A stretch of 64,000 nucleotides of DNA from Cladosporium halotolerans (lineage: Eukaryota). The translations under genes and the position numbers were made by a program. The stretch lies in contig NW_027191455.1 in assembly GCF_011745625.1 (NCBI RefSeq), positions 310,001 through 374,000 of the forward strand. The letters are read 5' to 3'. This document shows, piece after piece, positions 1 through 11,800 of the stretch (position 1 is the first letter of the stretch; the number at the start of each line of letters is the position of its first letter). Under the pieces are notes generated by a model that worked only from the letters and a program-made list of their open reading frames with translations, ran no database searches and had not been told where the DNA came from.

Positions 1-913
1 TGTTCTCCTGGGCGAGGGCCTCAGCGATCTGAGCGCTCAGGCTGGCCTCGACAGTGCCGAAGACAACCATGATGCGGGTGGGAGAGGCATGTCCGTGGTA
101 CTCAAAGCTCTTGTACTCGGTGCCGAGCTCCTCGTTGAGAGCAGACATGATCTTGGAGAGCTTGCCCTCGTTGGTGAGCTTCTTGGAGTGGAGGTCTTCC
201 TGGACGGTGGACAGGACGGAGTCGTAGCTGCGCTTGAGGCCGGCAACGCTGAGCGCATCAACGATGCGGGTGGTCTCACGGCCGACAGTGATGCCATCGT
301 AGGTGTGAACGGTCGGCTGGACAGAGGCAAGGAGCGTGGCCAGGAGAGACATGTGCTGGATCTCATAGGCGCTCTTGCTGGTGACGAGGCCCATACCGAG
401 CTCCTCGGCCAGAGCGAGAGAAGCAGTGTAGTCGGTGACAAGGCCGGCCTTGGTCTCGGCGGCATAGTCGACAGCCGCGACCTGGAGGGCAGTCGGGCTG
501 GCGACATCGTACAGCAGGCTCAACTCATCCAGCGCAGGACGCATCTGAGTCAGGCTGGCGGCGCTCGCCACGATGCTCTGGGGCCAACTCCTCCTGCTCA
601 TGTCGAAGCCGGGGTAGAACATGTAGCCGAGCGCCATGCTGCCGGCACCGTTCCTGGTTTGAAGAGACTTGACGTCCGTGACCTCGCCAAAGGCGTTCTT
701 CTCTTTCGCGGCCTGCCATGCTTGCGCTGCAACGTCGAGATCGAAGGACTCGGGCGAGTAGGCGAAGAGCTTGTTAGACAAGGCGTACGCGACCTGCTGG
801 ACGATTGTCTGGGCGGTCAGGTAGGTAGGGCCGGAGACGGACGACAGGGCGACATCCTGGCCGAAGGGCAGCGCGGACGACTTGTTGGCGAAGTTGTCCT
901 GAGGCTGGGCCAT
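1..913 (-). CDS. MET10: Sulfite reductase [NADPH] flavoprotein (alpha) subunit, 5' part; runs off the window start
   Basis: Hand translation of the minus strand from ATG 913 gives MAQPQDNFANKSSALPFGQDVALSSVSGPTYLTAQTIVQQVAYALSNKLFAYSPESFDLD...LQTRNGAGSMALGY...EYHGHASP, open to position 1. This resembles the N-terminus of fungal Met10. Not in the ORF track because the stop is outside the window. Confidence 0.85.
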   Translation of the reverse strand, partial: MAQPQDNFANKSSALPFGQDVALSSVSGPTYLTAQTIVQQVAYALSNKLFAYSPESFDLDVAAQAWQAAKEKNAFGEVTDVKSLQTRNGAGSMALGYMFYPGFDMSRRSWPQSIVASAASLTQMRPALDELSLLYDVASPTALQVAAVDYAAETKAGLVTDYTASLALAEELGMGLVTSKSAYEIQHMSLLATLLASVQPTVHTYDGITVGRETTRIVDALSVAGLKRSYDSVLSTVQEDLHSKKLTNEGKLSKIMSALNEELGTEYKSFEYHGHASPTRIMVVFGTVEASLSAQIAEALAQEN

Positions 914-1993
914 TTTCGGCGGCAGCGGGGTGGGATGGGGCGGGAGTCGTGGGATTGGTGCGACGGTGGTGAATTCCCGCAACAGGAGCCCGTAAACAAA
1001 GAAATGCAGACAGCAGGGCGATACAGGAAGGAAAACGCCAACAGATGCCGCTGCGAAGGAGAGTAGTGAAGGCGGGATGAATAATGGGGAATGGCAGCGG
1101 AGGCGAGTGGCCGAAGTCGCAGGCCGGACGACTTTTTGGCGCTTGTCAATCAACAATTCGCAGAACCCTGCAATCACGCCATCGCGACCTCGCGCTTTGT
1201 ACCGCAGCCTTCTCAAAAGCCGACGGAATTAGCGTCTGGTAGAATGAATTCGCGGGCTCTCGCAATGGGATTATTTGTGATTTTACCAGCTTCCATTGTT
1301 CTTCTTGATCTATGCAGCGCCTCTACTCAAGTGATAGAAGAAAATCTCGTCTGGTGAGCGCATCATGGACCGGTGTCGAACGCGCCTATAATTATGGCCG
1401 ATTTCGATAATCGAGGGACACCGGCATCCAACAGAATCAATGGAGAATCAGCAGCCGAGGATCCGGCAGTTCAGAAATTCGATGACTGGACATGCCGTCA
1501 GTACTTGCGTCTCTGATGTCTGAGACAACAATCGACCTCTCCAGGGACAAACCCAACAATTGCCTTATATCCCATCGCACAACCCTACATCTTCTAACCT
1601 TCAAGCCCGCATCGCACCCATGCACGCCCAGCAGATCTCAGATCCGGCGGCACGGGCCCGGGCCCGGGAGCCGCATCGCCAACGATGACCAAAGGACGTC
1701 CGGGGGAGGGCTGGAAGATCGCAGCGCGTGCGTGGGTGACGTCTAGCGGGCCATCTCACAGCGCGCGGTCGACCAAAATTCAACAGATCCATCCACACAT
1801 CTCGTCCTCTCCAACCCTACCATGTATCCTATACCAAACCCTCTCAAAATAGAAAAATAATACGAAGATGTCACCCCACAACCCGATATGAAGCGCCAGC
1901 CGCCCTCCCTCTAAAACCCAACTAAAACTACAGCTCAAACATCGCCGCATCCCACCCTAAGATAAAAGCCACCCACCACCCACCCCACCAACC

Positions 1994-3586
1994 ATGGCCG
2001 CCGACGACCCCCTCGCCAACCTCGAAGCCGAATACTGCCCACCCCTCGACTCCGCCCTCCTCTCCGCCATCGTCTCCGACTACGACCTCACTTCCGAACC
2101 CGGCCTCTCCTCCGCCCGCGCAACCCTCGACGCCCTCAAAGAATCCGCCCTGCTCGAAGAAGCCGCCGACTTCGACCCCTCCGGCACCGGCGGCGAAGAT
2201 CTCGAAGTATGGGACGAGACGGGCGCGTCGCGGTCGCGGGAGACGGACGCGACGAGCGTGTCGAACGGCGCGGAGTCGGAGGGCGAGGTGGGCGGCGCGG
2301 AGGATCTGGAGGCGCTGGACGAGGACGCGAAGGTCGCGTTGCTGAGGGAGATGTTTGGCGAGAGGCTGGGCGCGTATCATGTGCTGCATACGCTGAGGAA
2401 GTGCGGGGGGAGGTGGAATGGGGCGGTGGAGGAGTTGTTGAATCATGTTTATTTTGGGGAGGTCGGGGATGGACAGGAGGGGGAGGGGGTCAAGGCGAAG
2501 GGCGTGGAGGGGTTTTCGGAGGATAATCATATTGTGAAGAGGGGGAGGAAGACGAAGGCCAAAGGGCAGAAGATGAGGGCGATGGAGGAGAGGAGGGCGG
2601 CGAGCATGCCCGTTTCGCCTTCTGGGGACGGCAATGCGCAGACGGGGAATAAGTGGCTGACGGCGAAAGAGGACGTGGATTTCATCGCCAGCCGGACGGG
2701 CATCGAGATCCTCACGGTCAAATCGACTTACAACGAGCACGGCGCCAACGTCCCCAAGACCATCAACGCGCTCCTCAAGCAAACAATGGAAGAGACCAAG
2801 AAAGTCGTCACCGACGACGCCCTCGTGCAATCCCACGCCCACGCCCTCGGCGCCGCCTTCCCCTCCCTCGCACCCCACTACCTCACCGCCCTCATCCGCC
2901 TCACGCACCCCTCGACCTCCTCCGCGCACGACCTCGCAGCCGCCCTCGTCGCCAAACCCCCGCCGCAAACCGGCCTACAAGTAATCCCCATCTACGCGCG
3001 CCCAACAGCCTCCGACCTCGACCCCACGGACTCCGACCCCAGCCCCCGCGCCCCCCGCTCCGCCAACCCCTCCCTCGCCCGCGCCCCCGACGACCCAACC
3101 GTCGCTCTCCGCGGACAATCCTACGCCGCCGCCCGCGCGCAGGCCTTCGCGCAAGCGAGCGCCGCCCACCGCCGCGCGGGCTCCGACCGCCTCATGGGCG
3201 GCGCCGCCGCGTACTACTCGCAGCTGGGCCGCGAGCTGACGGCTCTATCGGCGGGCGCGACGGCCGACGCCGCGGACGCGCTGGCGGAGCGGCAGTCTGG
3301 GGCGGCGGTGCTGGATCTGCACGGCATCGATGTGCTGAACGGGGTGAGGATTGCGGTGGAGAGGGTCGAGGGGTGGTGGGAGGGGCTTGGGGAGAGGAGG
3401 GTTGGGGGCAGGAACGGGGCGGAGGAGAGGGGGGAGGGGTTTAGGGTCGTTGTTGGCGCGGGGAGGCACAGTGAGGGCGGGAAGGGGAAGTTGGGGCCGG
3501 CGGTTACGAAGGCTTTGAGGGCGAGGGGGTGGAGGGTGGAGGGGGCGGGTGCGGTGTTGGTTGTGAAGGGGAAGGCGAGGAGGTGA
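1994..3586 (+). CDS. CUE/Smr-domain protein (Cue2/N4BP2-like endonuclease family)
   Basis: 530-aa single-exon ORF with a C-terminal Smr signature (LDLHGIDV...VVVGAGRHSEGGKGKLGPAV), a preceding GGAAAYYSQLGR helix and N-terminal CUE-like segments. Confidence 0.85.
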   Translation: MAADDPLANLEAEYCPPLDSALLSAIVSDYDLTSEPGLSSARATLDALKESALLEEAADFDPSGTGGEDLEVWDETGASRSRETDATSVSNGAESEGEVGGAEDLEALDEDAKVALLREMFGERLGAYHVLHTLRKCGGRWNGAVEELLNHVYFGEVGDGQEGEGVKAKGVEGFSEDNHIVKRGRKTKAKGQKMRAMEERRAASMPVSPSGDGNAQTGNKWLTAKEDVDFIASRTGIEILTVKSTYNEHGANVPKTINALLKQTMEETKKVVTDDALVQSHAHALGAAFPSLAPHYLTALIRLTHPSTSSAHDLAAALVAKPPPQTGLQVIPIYARPTASDLDPTDSDPSPRAPRSANPSLARAPDDPTVALRGQSYAAARAQAFAQASAAHRRAGSDRLMGGAAAYYSQLGRELTALSAGATADAADALAERQSGAAVLDLHGIDVLNGVRIAVERVEGWWEGLGERRVGGRNGAEERGEGFRVVVGAGRHSEGGKGKLGPAVTKALRARGWRVEGAGAVLVVKGKARR

Positions 3587-4588
3587 TAGTCGAGACGTGA
3601 CGTTGGCCGTGTGTTCGTCGCCCGCGTCGGCGACGGCAGCCGCGGCACTGCTGGCGTAAGGTATATACTGGCCGCGTTATGATCGCCAGCCCGAGGCTGC
3701 CGTGTCGCGTGTCGCGTGTCGTGGGGTCCTGGAGAGCTCCTCTGACGCACGGCGGCAGCATCGCCGATGCGGTGTCGAAGGTTTCGAAGTATATCTCGCG
3801 GCCGAAGTCTGACCTTCCACTTGCGTGACGCGCAGACATACCACGTGAGGCCTGCGCGGTGCAGGAACAACGCAATCGTGCAGGCGCGCGAGGGATGAAT
3901 GAGTCGCGGCGCGGCGTGACTCGGTGGCCGGGTATAACCCTTGGGCTGCACCGCTTGCTGCGTCACCGCGCTGTGCTGGGCTGTGGAGTGGGTGTCGTGT
4001 CCGCCGCGCTGTGGACGATGGCCATTGATAGCGGAAAACGTCTCGTCAGGAGTCAGGAGACGGAGGCATACATACAGTGACAATAACACCACCGCAGCGC
4101 TCGCCCATCTTCACACCACCGCCAGGGTCCTCGCTACCTCAGGCGCAACTGGACGCCCCGCGGTTCATCACGCCGCTCGTCACACAACCCTTGAACCCCC
4201 ACGCCATCCGTCGCCCGCCCGGCTTTTGGCTTTCTGCCAGCCTTTTCTGCAGGAGCAGCAGACTTCCGCCCCACCAGCCAGCCAGCCCTGCACGGGAGCG
4301 CCCGCCCTCTCGCGCCAGCGCGGCTGATGACCTTTCGCCATCGCTGCCTCCGCGACTCGCCAGCTGCTCACCGACTGCCTCGCACTGCCACCCGCTATAA
4401 AAAGGCCTTCGCAGCCCGCAACGGCACAGGCTGCTGTCTGCCTGTTCTGTTCTGTTCTTTTCTTGGAATCCGCTGCTTGCTGTAATTCACCGACCGGATG
4501 ACCGACTGATTGCTCGCTCGCCCGAGAGAGATTTAAAAAGTTTCTCAACAAACAACCCAAGCCACCACCATTCACCCACCCACCCACC

Positions 4589-6661
4589 ATGGAACTCACC
4601 GAAATCGAACGCCAGCGCCAGCTCCTCGAAGCCAACGTCCAAAAGCTCCGTCAAAGCCTCAAGCACTGGCAGACCTGGGAAGCCGAGTACGAAGGGCTCA
4701 AAGAAGAGCTCGTCGCCACCGGGCCCGAAGACCTCACCGCCGACGCCGTCGCCTCCATCTCCCGCTCCTACGACGGCGCTCTCGTGACCGAGAAGGAGAT
4801 CCTGGACCTCGCTTTCGCGCAGCCGGCGGACGTGGCGACGCTGAGGCGCAGGGCGCAGATTCTGGGCCTGATTTCGCGCCGTCAGGAGTACGTGCTGCGG
4901 AACATCGAGACCGTCTCGAGGCAGTTTTTCGCCGCGGAGGGGAAGCTGGAGGAGTTTGCGTTCGCGAGTGTTACGGCTGCGGGGGTTTATGGGGATGGGG
5001 CGGGGGAGTTGGAGGATGAGGAGGAGGGTGGGTTGCCGCTTAGTGAGATCCATGAGGAGCTGGATGAGAGCGGGAATGTGCTTAGGGGTGAGGTGAGGAG
5101 GCCCGAGGAGGCGACGGGGCAGGTGCTGGAGCGGTTGAGGAAGGCGGGCCTGAGTGAGAGGGATTTGGGCATGGCTGGTGGTGAGAAGGCGAGCGAGCCG
5201 GCTGCTGTTGCGAGCGGTGCTGAGGTTTCGGCGCCTTCGCCTGCGATCAAGCCGGCGCCGGTTTCGAGTGTGTCGAAGGATGCGCCTGTGGACGAGGATG
5301 ATGGGCCTGACCGTCCGCCAATCCGCAAGAAGTCTGTCTCGTTCTCTGCCGACACGAAGGAGCCTGAGGAGAGGCCACGCTCGAACTCTGACGACAGCAA
5401 GAAGTCTGTGTCTTTCGCCGACAAGGTTGCCGTCGCTCGTGCTGCAGACCCGCCCGACACTCGATCTGTCTCGTTCTCACCCCAGGTGGAGGAGATCCCG
5501 GCGCAGACAGCTTCGACTGATTCCCCTCAGTCTCAGTCAGGCGAGCAGACTGCGGTCAACACAGATCCTGATCGCCAGAAGGATCTACGTGGCTACTTCA
5601 AGCCGGGCGACAGAGTCTTTGAGGTCAACGAAGACACCGAAACTACTACACCGCATGTCGTTATGCCGGAGAACGAGTCCGAAGAAGACGCTCGTCTCCG
5701 CCGTGAGATGCTCAACTACCACCTCAACGAAGTTCAAAATGTTGTGGCTACAATGGACCTGGATGATCCCGATGACGAACACGACGACAGCCACTCCGAT
5801 TTCACCGCATCTGAATACCAAGACGAAGACACACCATACACCAGTGGCCTCTCCGACTCCGACGCCGAAGACGAGGATGAATTCGGTCGATCAAGGAAGC
5901 CAGCCGTCACTGACGCCTACCGCGAAGAAATGGAGGCCCTGAAAGAGCGCCTCATCGGCAACCTTGGCAAGATCCCACTGCCCGAGGAAGGACACGACGA
6001 GGATGAAGATGAAGAAGATGCCGACCAAGACCTCAACCCCGCCGACGCCCGCCGCCTCGTCATCCGCCAAAAGCGCAGCTCCATCGCCAGCACCGCCTCC
6101 TCTACCTCGGACGCCGACGCCACCAACAACAAGAAATCCTCCACCGCCAAAAAGCGCGTCTCCTTCGCCCAAGACCTCGACGTCGCCGATCCACCCCACA
6201 AAGCCCCCAAAAACACCGAAGACTCCTCAGTCCCCGTCGCGCCCCTCGCATCCGGCGTCGTCGAGCGCTCCGCCACGACCTCAGCCTCCCCTTGTCTCCC
6301 CACTCCCACCGCTCCAGCAAAACTCTCCCGCTTCAAGCAGTCCCGCGCCGCTCAAGACGAGGACTCCACGTCCGGCGCTTCCGCCCCGAACCCCCCGCCC
6401 GGCATCCCCATGGCCGACACGCTGCTCGAGCGCTCCCCGGCCGCCGCCAAAGCCCCGGACCCAGATGGGTATGACCCGCTGCTGGCGCGCAGGGAGTTGG
6501 CGGCGGATTATTATCGGCGCAGGAACGATATGGTCCGGGAGCAGGGGGGTTTTAAGGGGACTAAAGAGGAGGATGAGGATAAGGGGGAGCTGATGGAGGA
6601 GGGAGATGATGGACGGGTCAAGAAGGTTAGTCGGTTTAGGGCGGCGAGGTTGGGGAAGTAG
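4589..6661 (+). CDS. BUD27: Unconventional prefoldin RPB5 interactor (URI/Bud27 family)
   Basis: 690-aa ORF: N-terminal prefoldin-like coiled coil (LRQSLKHWQTWEAEYEGLKEE), acidic middle region, C-terminal KKVSRFRAARL URI-box-like motif. Confidence 0.8.
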   Translation: MELTEIERQRQLLEANVQKLRQSLKHWQTWEAEYEGLKEELVATGPEDLTADAVASISRSYDGALVTEKEILDLAFAQPADVATLRRRAQILGLISRRQEYVLRNIETVSRQFFAAEGKLEEFAFASVTAAGVYGDGAGELEDEEEGGLPLSEIHEELDESGNVLRGEVRRPEEATGQVLERLRKAGLSERDLGMAGGEKASEPAAVASGAEVSAPSPAIKPAPVSSVSKDAPVDEDDGPDRPPIRKKSVSFSADTKEPEERPRSNSDDSKKSVSFADKVAVARAADPPDTRSVSFSPQVEEIPAQTASTDSPQSQSGEQTAVNTDPDRQKDLRGYFKPGDRVFEVNEDTETTTPHVVMPENESEEDARLRREMLNYHLNEVQNVVATMDLDDPDDEHDDSHSDFTASEYQDEDTPYTSGLSDSDAEDEDEFGRSRKPAVTDAYREEMEALKERLIGNLGKIPLPEEGHDEDEDEEDADQDLNPADARRLVIRQKRSSIASTASSTSDADATNNKKSSTAKKRVSFAQDLDVADPPHKAPKNTEDSSVPVAPLASGVVERSATTSASPCLPTPTAPAKLSRFKQSRAAQDEDSTSGASAPNPPPGIPMADTLLERSPAAAKAPDPDGYDPLLARRELAADYYRRRNDMVREQGGFKGTKEEDEDKGELMEEGDDGRVKKVSRFRAARLGK

Positions 6662-6968
6662 GGTGGATGTCTGACGAAGTGTTATCGATGAGGACGCTTG
6701 ATGACGAAAGAGGGCTGGAAGGCTTGTAGATGTAGAATGAGTGAAATGAGAAGCATGATTCAATCAATACCATCCATAGCGTTGAGATATGCAGGCAGCG
6801 TCACACATCGCCCGTCCCATTTCCCAGCTGCAACTTCCCCTACGCATGCGCGCGCTCTGATCCAAATCCCGCTCCCGCTCCATTCAGTCTCAGCAGAAAT
6901 AGCTCCCACTATCCTCCCCAACCCCTCAACGAAACCTCAATCCCATCCCACAAAGCCCCACACCCCGC

Positions 6969-8482
6969 TCACTCAACTTCCTCAAACCTCCCCTCATCCC
7001 TCGCCCTCTTTACGGGATTCTCCACATCCACCACCCCCGTCGCCCGCAACCTCTCAAACAGCACAAACAGCCTCTCCGCCTCGCGCTCCTTCTCCTCCTC
7101 CGTCATCTCCGGCCCCTCCCCTCCCCTCCCTGCTTCCTCGGCACTCCACCTCTGTCCCGTAACGGGATTCACGTCCTCTAGTCCCTCCTCGCTGCCGCCT
7201 CCTGCATTCGAAGCCGATGGAGGAACGGAGATATTGTGGCTCGCCAGAAAGCCCGCCGCGTTCCCGTACCCGACGTTCCGCACGAACGCGTCGGGGTCCG
7301 AGCCGCTGAGCTCGAAGAGCAGGGCCGCGACGTTCTCGCGCAGGGTCGGGAGGTGCGGGGCGCTGGCGAGCTGCAGCAGGCGCGCGGGGAGGTTGGTGCC
7401 TTTGCCGAGGGGCTGGGCGCGGTCGGCGGGGCTGGGGAGGAGGGTTGTGCGCAGGTGGGTTTGCGTGGGGCTGGAGGGGGGCGCGAGGGTGTGCAGGCGG
7501 CGGAGGAGGGTTATGGTGGGGTCGAGGTCGGGGGAGGGGGCGGGGGTTGTTTGGAGGGTTAGGGAGAGGAGGTGGGTGAGGTGGGTTGTGAGGGGGAGGT
7601 GGTCGGTGGCGGAGGCGAGGTCGAGGTTGAGCAGGGCGTTAATCAGGGCGCTGATTGGGGGTTGAAGGGGGGGTGAGGGCAGGGGGTGGTGGAGGAGGAT
7701 GGTGGTTAGGGGTTCGATGGAGGGGGTGAAGGTTGGTATTAGGTTGGGGTAGTGGGCGGTGAGGTTGAAGATGAGCTTGAGGGCTTCGGTCAGGGCCATG
7801 TCTTCCATGAGAGAACTTTGGGGTTTGTTGTGGCCGGGGTCCGAGAATGCTGTGCTGTGTTGGGCTATGCGCTTGTTGAGGCTGTCTGCCAGCTGGTGCT
7901 CGGTTGCGATGGCGTTGAAGTCGATGTTGGTGTTGTAGGTCAGCAGGAAGAGGATTCGACACGCGAGGAATTCATCGTCTATGCTGTCCGATTTCAATCT
8001 TTCTGCTGCTTTTGCTGCGAAACCTTGATCGACCACAATCTGTCGTGAGGGTTCGTTGAGCAGCAGCGCATTTGCAAGACAGCGGAGTGCCTCGTGCGAA
8101 GTTGGTCCGGATTCCTTGTCGAGACCATAGCGACATAAGGTTGTGATGTTCTGAACGACTGGTGAGCTCCTGAACAGCGTAATGATTCGATTATGGAGAC
8201 ACCAACTTCTGGCTTGAAAATTGGGCCGGCAGTTCTGGGATCTCTACCATAGACTTTGACTTTGGCCAAGAGATCCGATTGTTCTGTTGTGAGGTCAATC
8301 AGACATTATGCCTGACATATAGCGTGATGTGGCGGTAATCGAACCTTTTGACGATAGATTTGGTGTTTTCAGATCTTCTTTCAATTGATCTAAAAGACGC
8401 TCGAGGCCTTGAACTTGTCAGCGAATGCGCGCAGGCCAAGATGATGAGTCTCACCATCGCCGGCGCCCGAAAACGAAGCCAT
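6969..8482 (-). CDS. RIC8: Synembryn/Ric8 G-alpha guanine nucleotide exchange factor (spliced)
   Basis: The 3' exon encodes LFELSGSDPDAFVRNVGYGNAAGFL, VNPVTGQ and EMTEEEKEREAERLFVLFERL, typical of the Ric8 C-terminus. Short 5' exons run from ATG 8482 (MASFSG...) through KVYGRDP and EALRCLANALLL. Intron boundaries are approximate. Confidence 0.9.
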
Positions 8483-8857
8483 GTTGCTTGCTACTCAGGC
8501 TGATATTTTGATCTTCGTCAATTCATCGACTTCGACCCAAATCACAGATTTCTTTGCTGAAGCTAATTGTTGCTCCTGAACAATCGTCACAGTTTAAGCT
8601 TCCTGGAAGTGAACGTTCGGCTCACCTGCCGGTGACGTGCCCCGCGATTCCTCAGCTGCACAGACCCTGGTTGCCGCTGGCGAGCGGAAGTGCCCGCATG
8701 CTAGCGTACTTTGGACGCGACATGCTTAACGCGGTGCCGCGTCTTCCTTCACAACGGGGCATCTCGCAACTTCCGGCTCATTTCCTCATCGCTGGTCAAG
8801 CAACGACATGTGTGCGGCGGTTTGGCGGTTCCTCTGAATTGGCGTTAACGGGAAACA

Positions 8858-11800
8858 ATGCTGTCTTCATCGTCTTCGCTTTTCACATCATTGCCCGCAC
8901 GTCCGCCCACGCCACCTAAAGACATCCAGGAACACGTGAAGGACGCCCTCGACTTCCTGGAGAACGGCCACGAGGAGGCCGATGAAAATGCGTCAAATTC
9001 TGGAAAGCTTGAAATTACGACAGATACACCTCCAGGATCCTCGCCCGTGTCGTCGCAAGAAGTGAACGCTGTCTCGAATGCCGCCAAAAAGGTTGGCTTC
9101 TCACCTTTTCCACCCACATATCACGAGGTCCCTCAGATTGGCGTTTCAAACTCTCCCCGGGACAGATTACTCCGATCGGCGCCTCGGCCGCGCAACAGTA
9201 AGCCCGTCAAGTCGATCTTGAAGCTCTCAAGTTTTGCGCCACCGCCAACTCCAGACGAGCATGAACACAAGATTGGCTATTTCTCACCAGAAGATCCAAG
9301 CACTTTCGGAAAAATGCTGCAGTCGGTTTTGAAGGAGCTGGCCTCATCTTCAAGAAGTTCCCGTTTGGACGCATACCTGGCCCTGCACGGCGCTCTGACA
9401 GCATACGATGGCATTCCTGATCGCCAGGCCATGGCTGCCAACATGGCCCAAATCCAGCAGTACCTATCAAGGGATCTCATCTGGAGGGAGTCAGGTAGTC
9501 TGATCGAAACACAAGTTGCGACACAGGCCTTGAAATTGGCTTGCACACTGGTCTTCGACAATCAATTGTCCAAGGCCCTGGATGACGATTTCAGGATTTT
9601 CTTGATTGACCGCTCGATCACTGTCATGGAGCAGCCTGAGATCCCAAAAGCTCTGGTCAAGACACACCTCTATCTTGTTGCTCAGCAAAAGTTCCACCAC
9701 TCTATCATTACGCCAAATCGAGCAGAAAGAATGATCTCAGCCCTACGGACAATTGAAGATCGCTGCAGCGGTAACAGTCTCATTGCGACTAGGTTGGTCA
9801 TCTACCAAAGGCTCCTAGACCAAGCTCCAGTCGTGATGTGCAACAGGCTCCGGGATTGGCTGGAGCACGTGTTCCATGGTATGCTTAGTAGCATCAACGA
9901 TACCAAAATGAGGGCAATTGAGGTCGGAAACCACGCTGGCCTCAAGCTTGGCACCAACGCTGCTGCGTCCAAAGCACTTGAGGATCTCTTTGACATCGAG
10001 GTCGAAGAAGGACAGACATATTGCGACTACTTGGCCTTGCGTTTGACAGGCATGATGACGGATAAGCAAAAACAGACCGGCGTCCTTGTTCCGCAAATTT
10101 GGTCAGCAATAGTCCTATTTTTTCGGACGAAGAGACGGCCCCTAGAGAGATGGCCGAGACTCCGGACCTGGCTTCAGGTTCTTCAGAAGTGTCTGAATTC
10201 AAGCGATGTCAACATCAAGTATCAGGCAAATCTTGCCTGGAAGAAGCTTGTCTTCGCGGTCATGCCCGACGCTTCAACTGGACCGACGATGCTTTCGATG
10301 CTGAGAGTGCCCATCAGTGCTGGGTTCGAGAAGAGGAGCGGCGACAGGATAAGCAGGCAGGCTCGTCAAATTGCGCTCGATGGCTACCACAATCTTCTGC
10401 ATTACGGCATGCGCCCGTCTTTGTCACATGCGGATCTGGATGTCACTTGGGATGCTTACGTGCACCCCATCCTCTTGGAAATGATCAAAGCAAGCCCCAA
10501 GGGACGGCTCAACGCTTGTAAGATCTTGCATGGTCTGCTCAGTCCCAATGCTGGTCTTTGGAATGAGTTCGCGGCCATGGAGTCGACAGCCATCCAGTCT
10601 CACGACCTGCCGAGAATAGATTCTCGCTGGGTGCGATCTCGGCTGGCAAAGGTTTTGACGCTGGTGGAGCCGATCATGTCTGCGGAACTCTGGAACACGC
10701 AAGACGACAACATCCTGGCTACAAAGGTATGGAAACAAACCTTGCAGAGCATCGCAGAGGCTGGAGCCCAAGAGGTGAAAACATCCAACGAGCTTCGCGA
10801 AGCACTAGCTATGGTCATGAACATGTTCCAACGCTTGTGGGGGTCGTCTTTGGACTCAGATGAGCACAAATCTGCAATCACGTCGGAGTTCTTTCAGGAA
10901 ATGGTGCGAACGACTTGCCAATACATTGGGCCTTCGCTCCTCGCCGAGGACATGCTTGCTCGGTCGCCTCAGGGTGACGTCGAAGCTGCGCCGACTCCGT
11001 CTCACAGACCATCCAAACACCAGCATGCGCTGTATTCCCCGCTAGTGTTCACCCTCTCGATGATGTGTACACAGCCGCATCAAAGCGAAGGATCCCAATG
11101 GCGCTCTTTGGCAGCAGAGGTCATCGAGCTGTCTTGCAAGTCCACAGCAACCAGTGCCGCCAGACTTCAACTCGTCAACCGCACGCTACAGGCTTTACAA
11201 GCACTGAGTGTCACGGAAGATGCGAAGCAACAAATTGCTAAGCTCTGGACTTTGTTTGCGCAGCGTGCTACCGAAGCTCTTTGCCACTCGAAAACCGAAT
11301 CAACACCGAGTGGCATGCTCGGACAGAAGCTACGCGATGCGCTCAACATTCTTGTATACGGCCTTCCGCTTATGAAGACCGATGCCACAAACATTGTTGC
11401 TGGGCATGCACTCATTGAAGAAATGATATTGGTGGCACGATGTAAAGCTGGCGATGCTGGAGTTACACTTGCCGTAGTGGAGCCTGTGTCGAAAGCGCTG
11501 CTTGACAAAGACCGTGCCATTGAAATCACCATTGAGGTGCATGTTGCAGCTGTGTTGTTCAATTCAGCCGGCTGGCCTCAGAATCGGCAGGCTATGGAGC
11601 AGGGACGAAAGCTCCTATGGGGTGTGGGAAGTGGCCCGCTCAGAGCTGGTACCTTCGATCCGTACGAGCATGCGTATGGACTGATCAAAGACCTGTTTGA
11701 TGAGTGCTATTCCGGATTGAAAGGCGGAGCAAGCTGCGACCACCTAGCGATCAAAATGCTCAATGCCTTCCAAGCTTTCGTGAGCAATTGCCCTTTGGCA

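Noticed and set aside
89..1066. 325-aa plus-strand ORF
   Set aside because: Antisense shadow of the MET10 coding sequence.
1928..3444. Long overlapping ORFs (1928-2968 minus, 2653-3444 plus)
   Set aside because: GC-rich shadow or alternative frames of the Smr gene, with low-complexity Arg/Pro/Gly translations.
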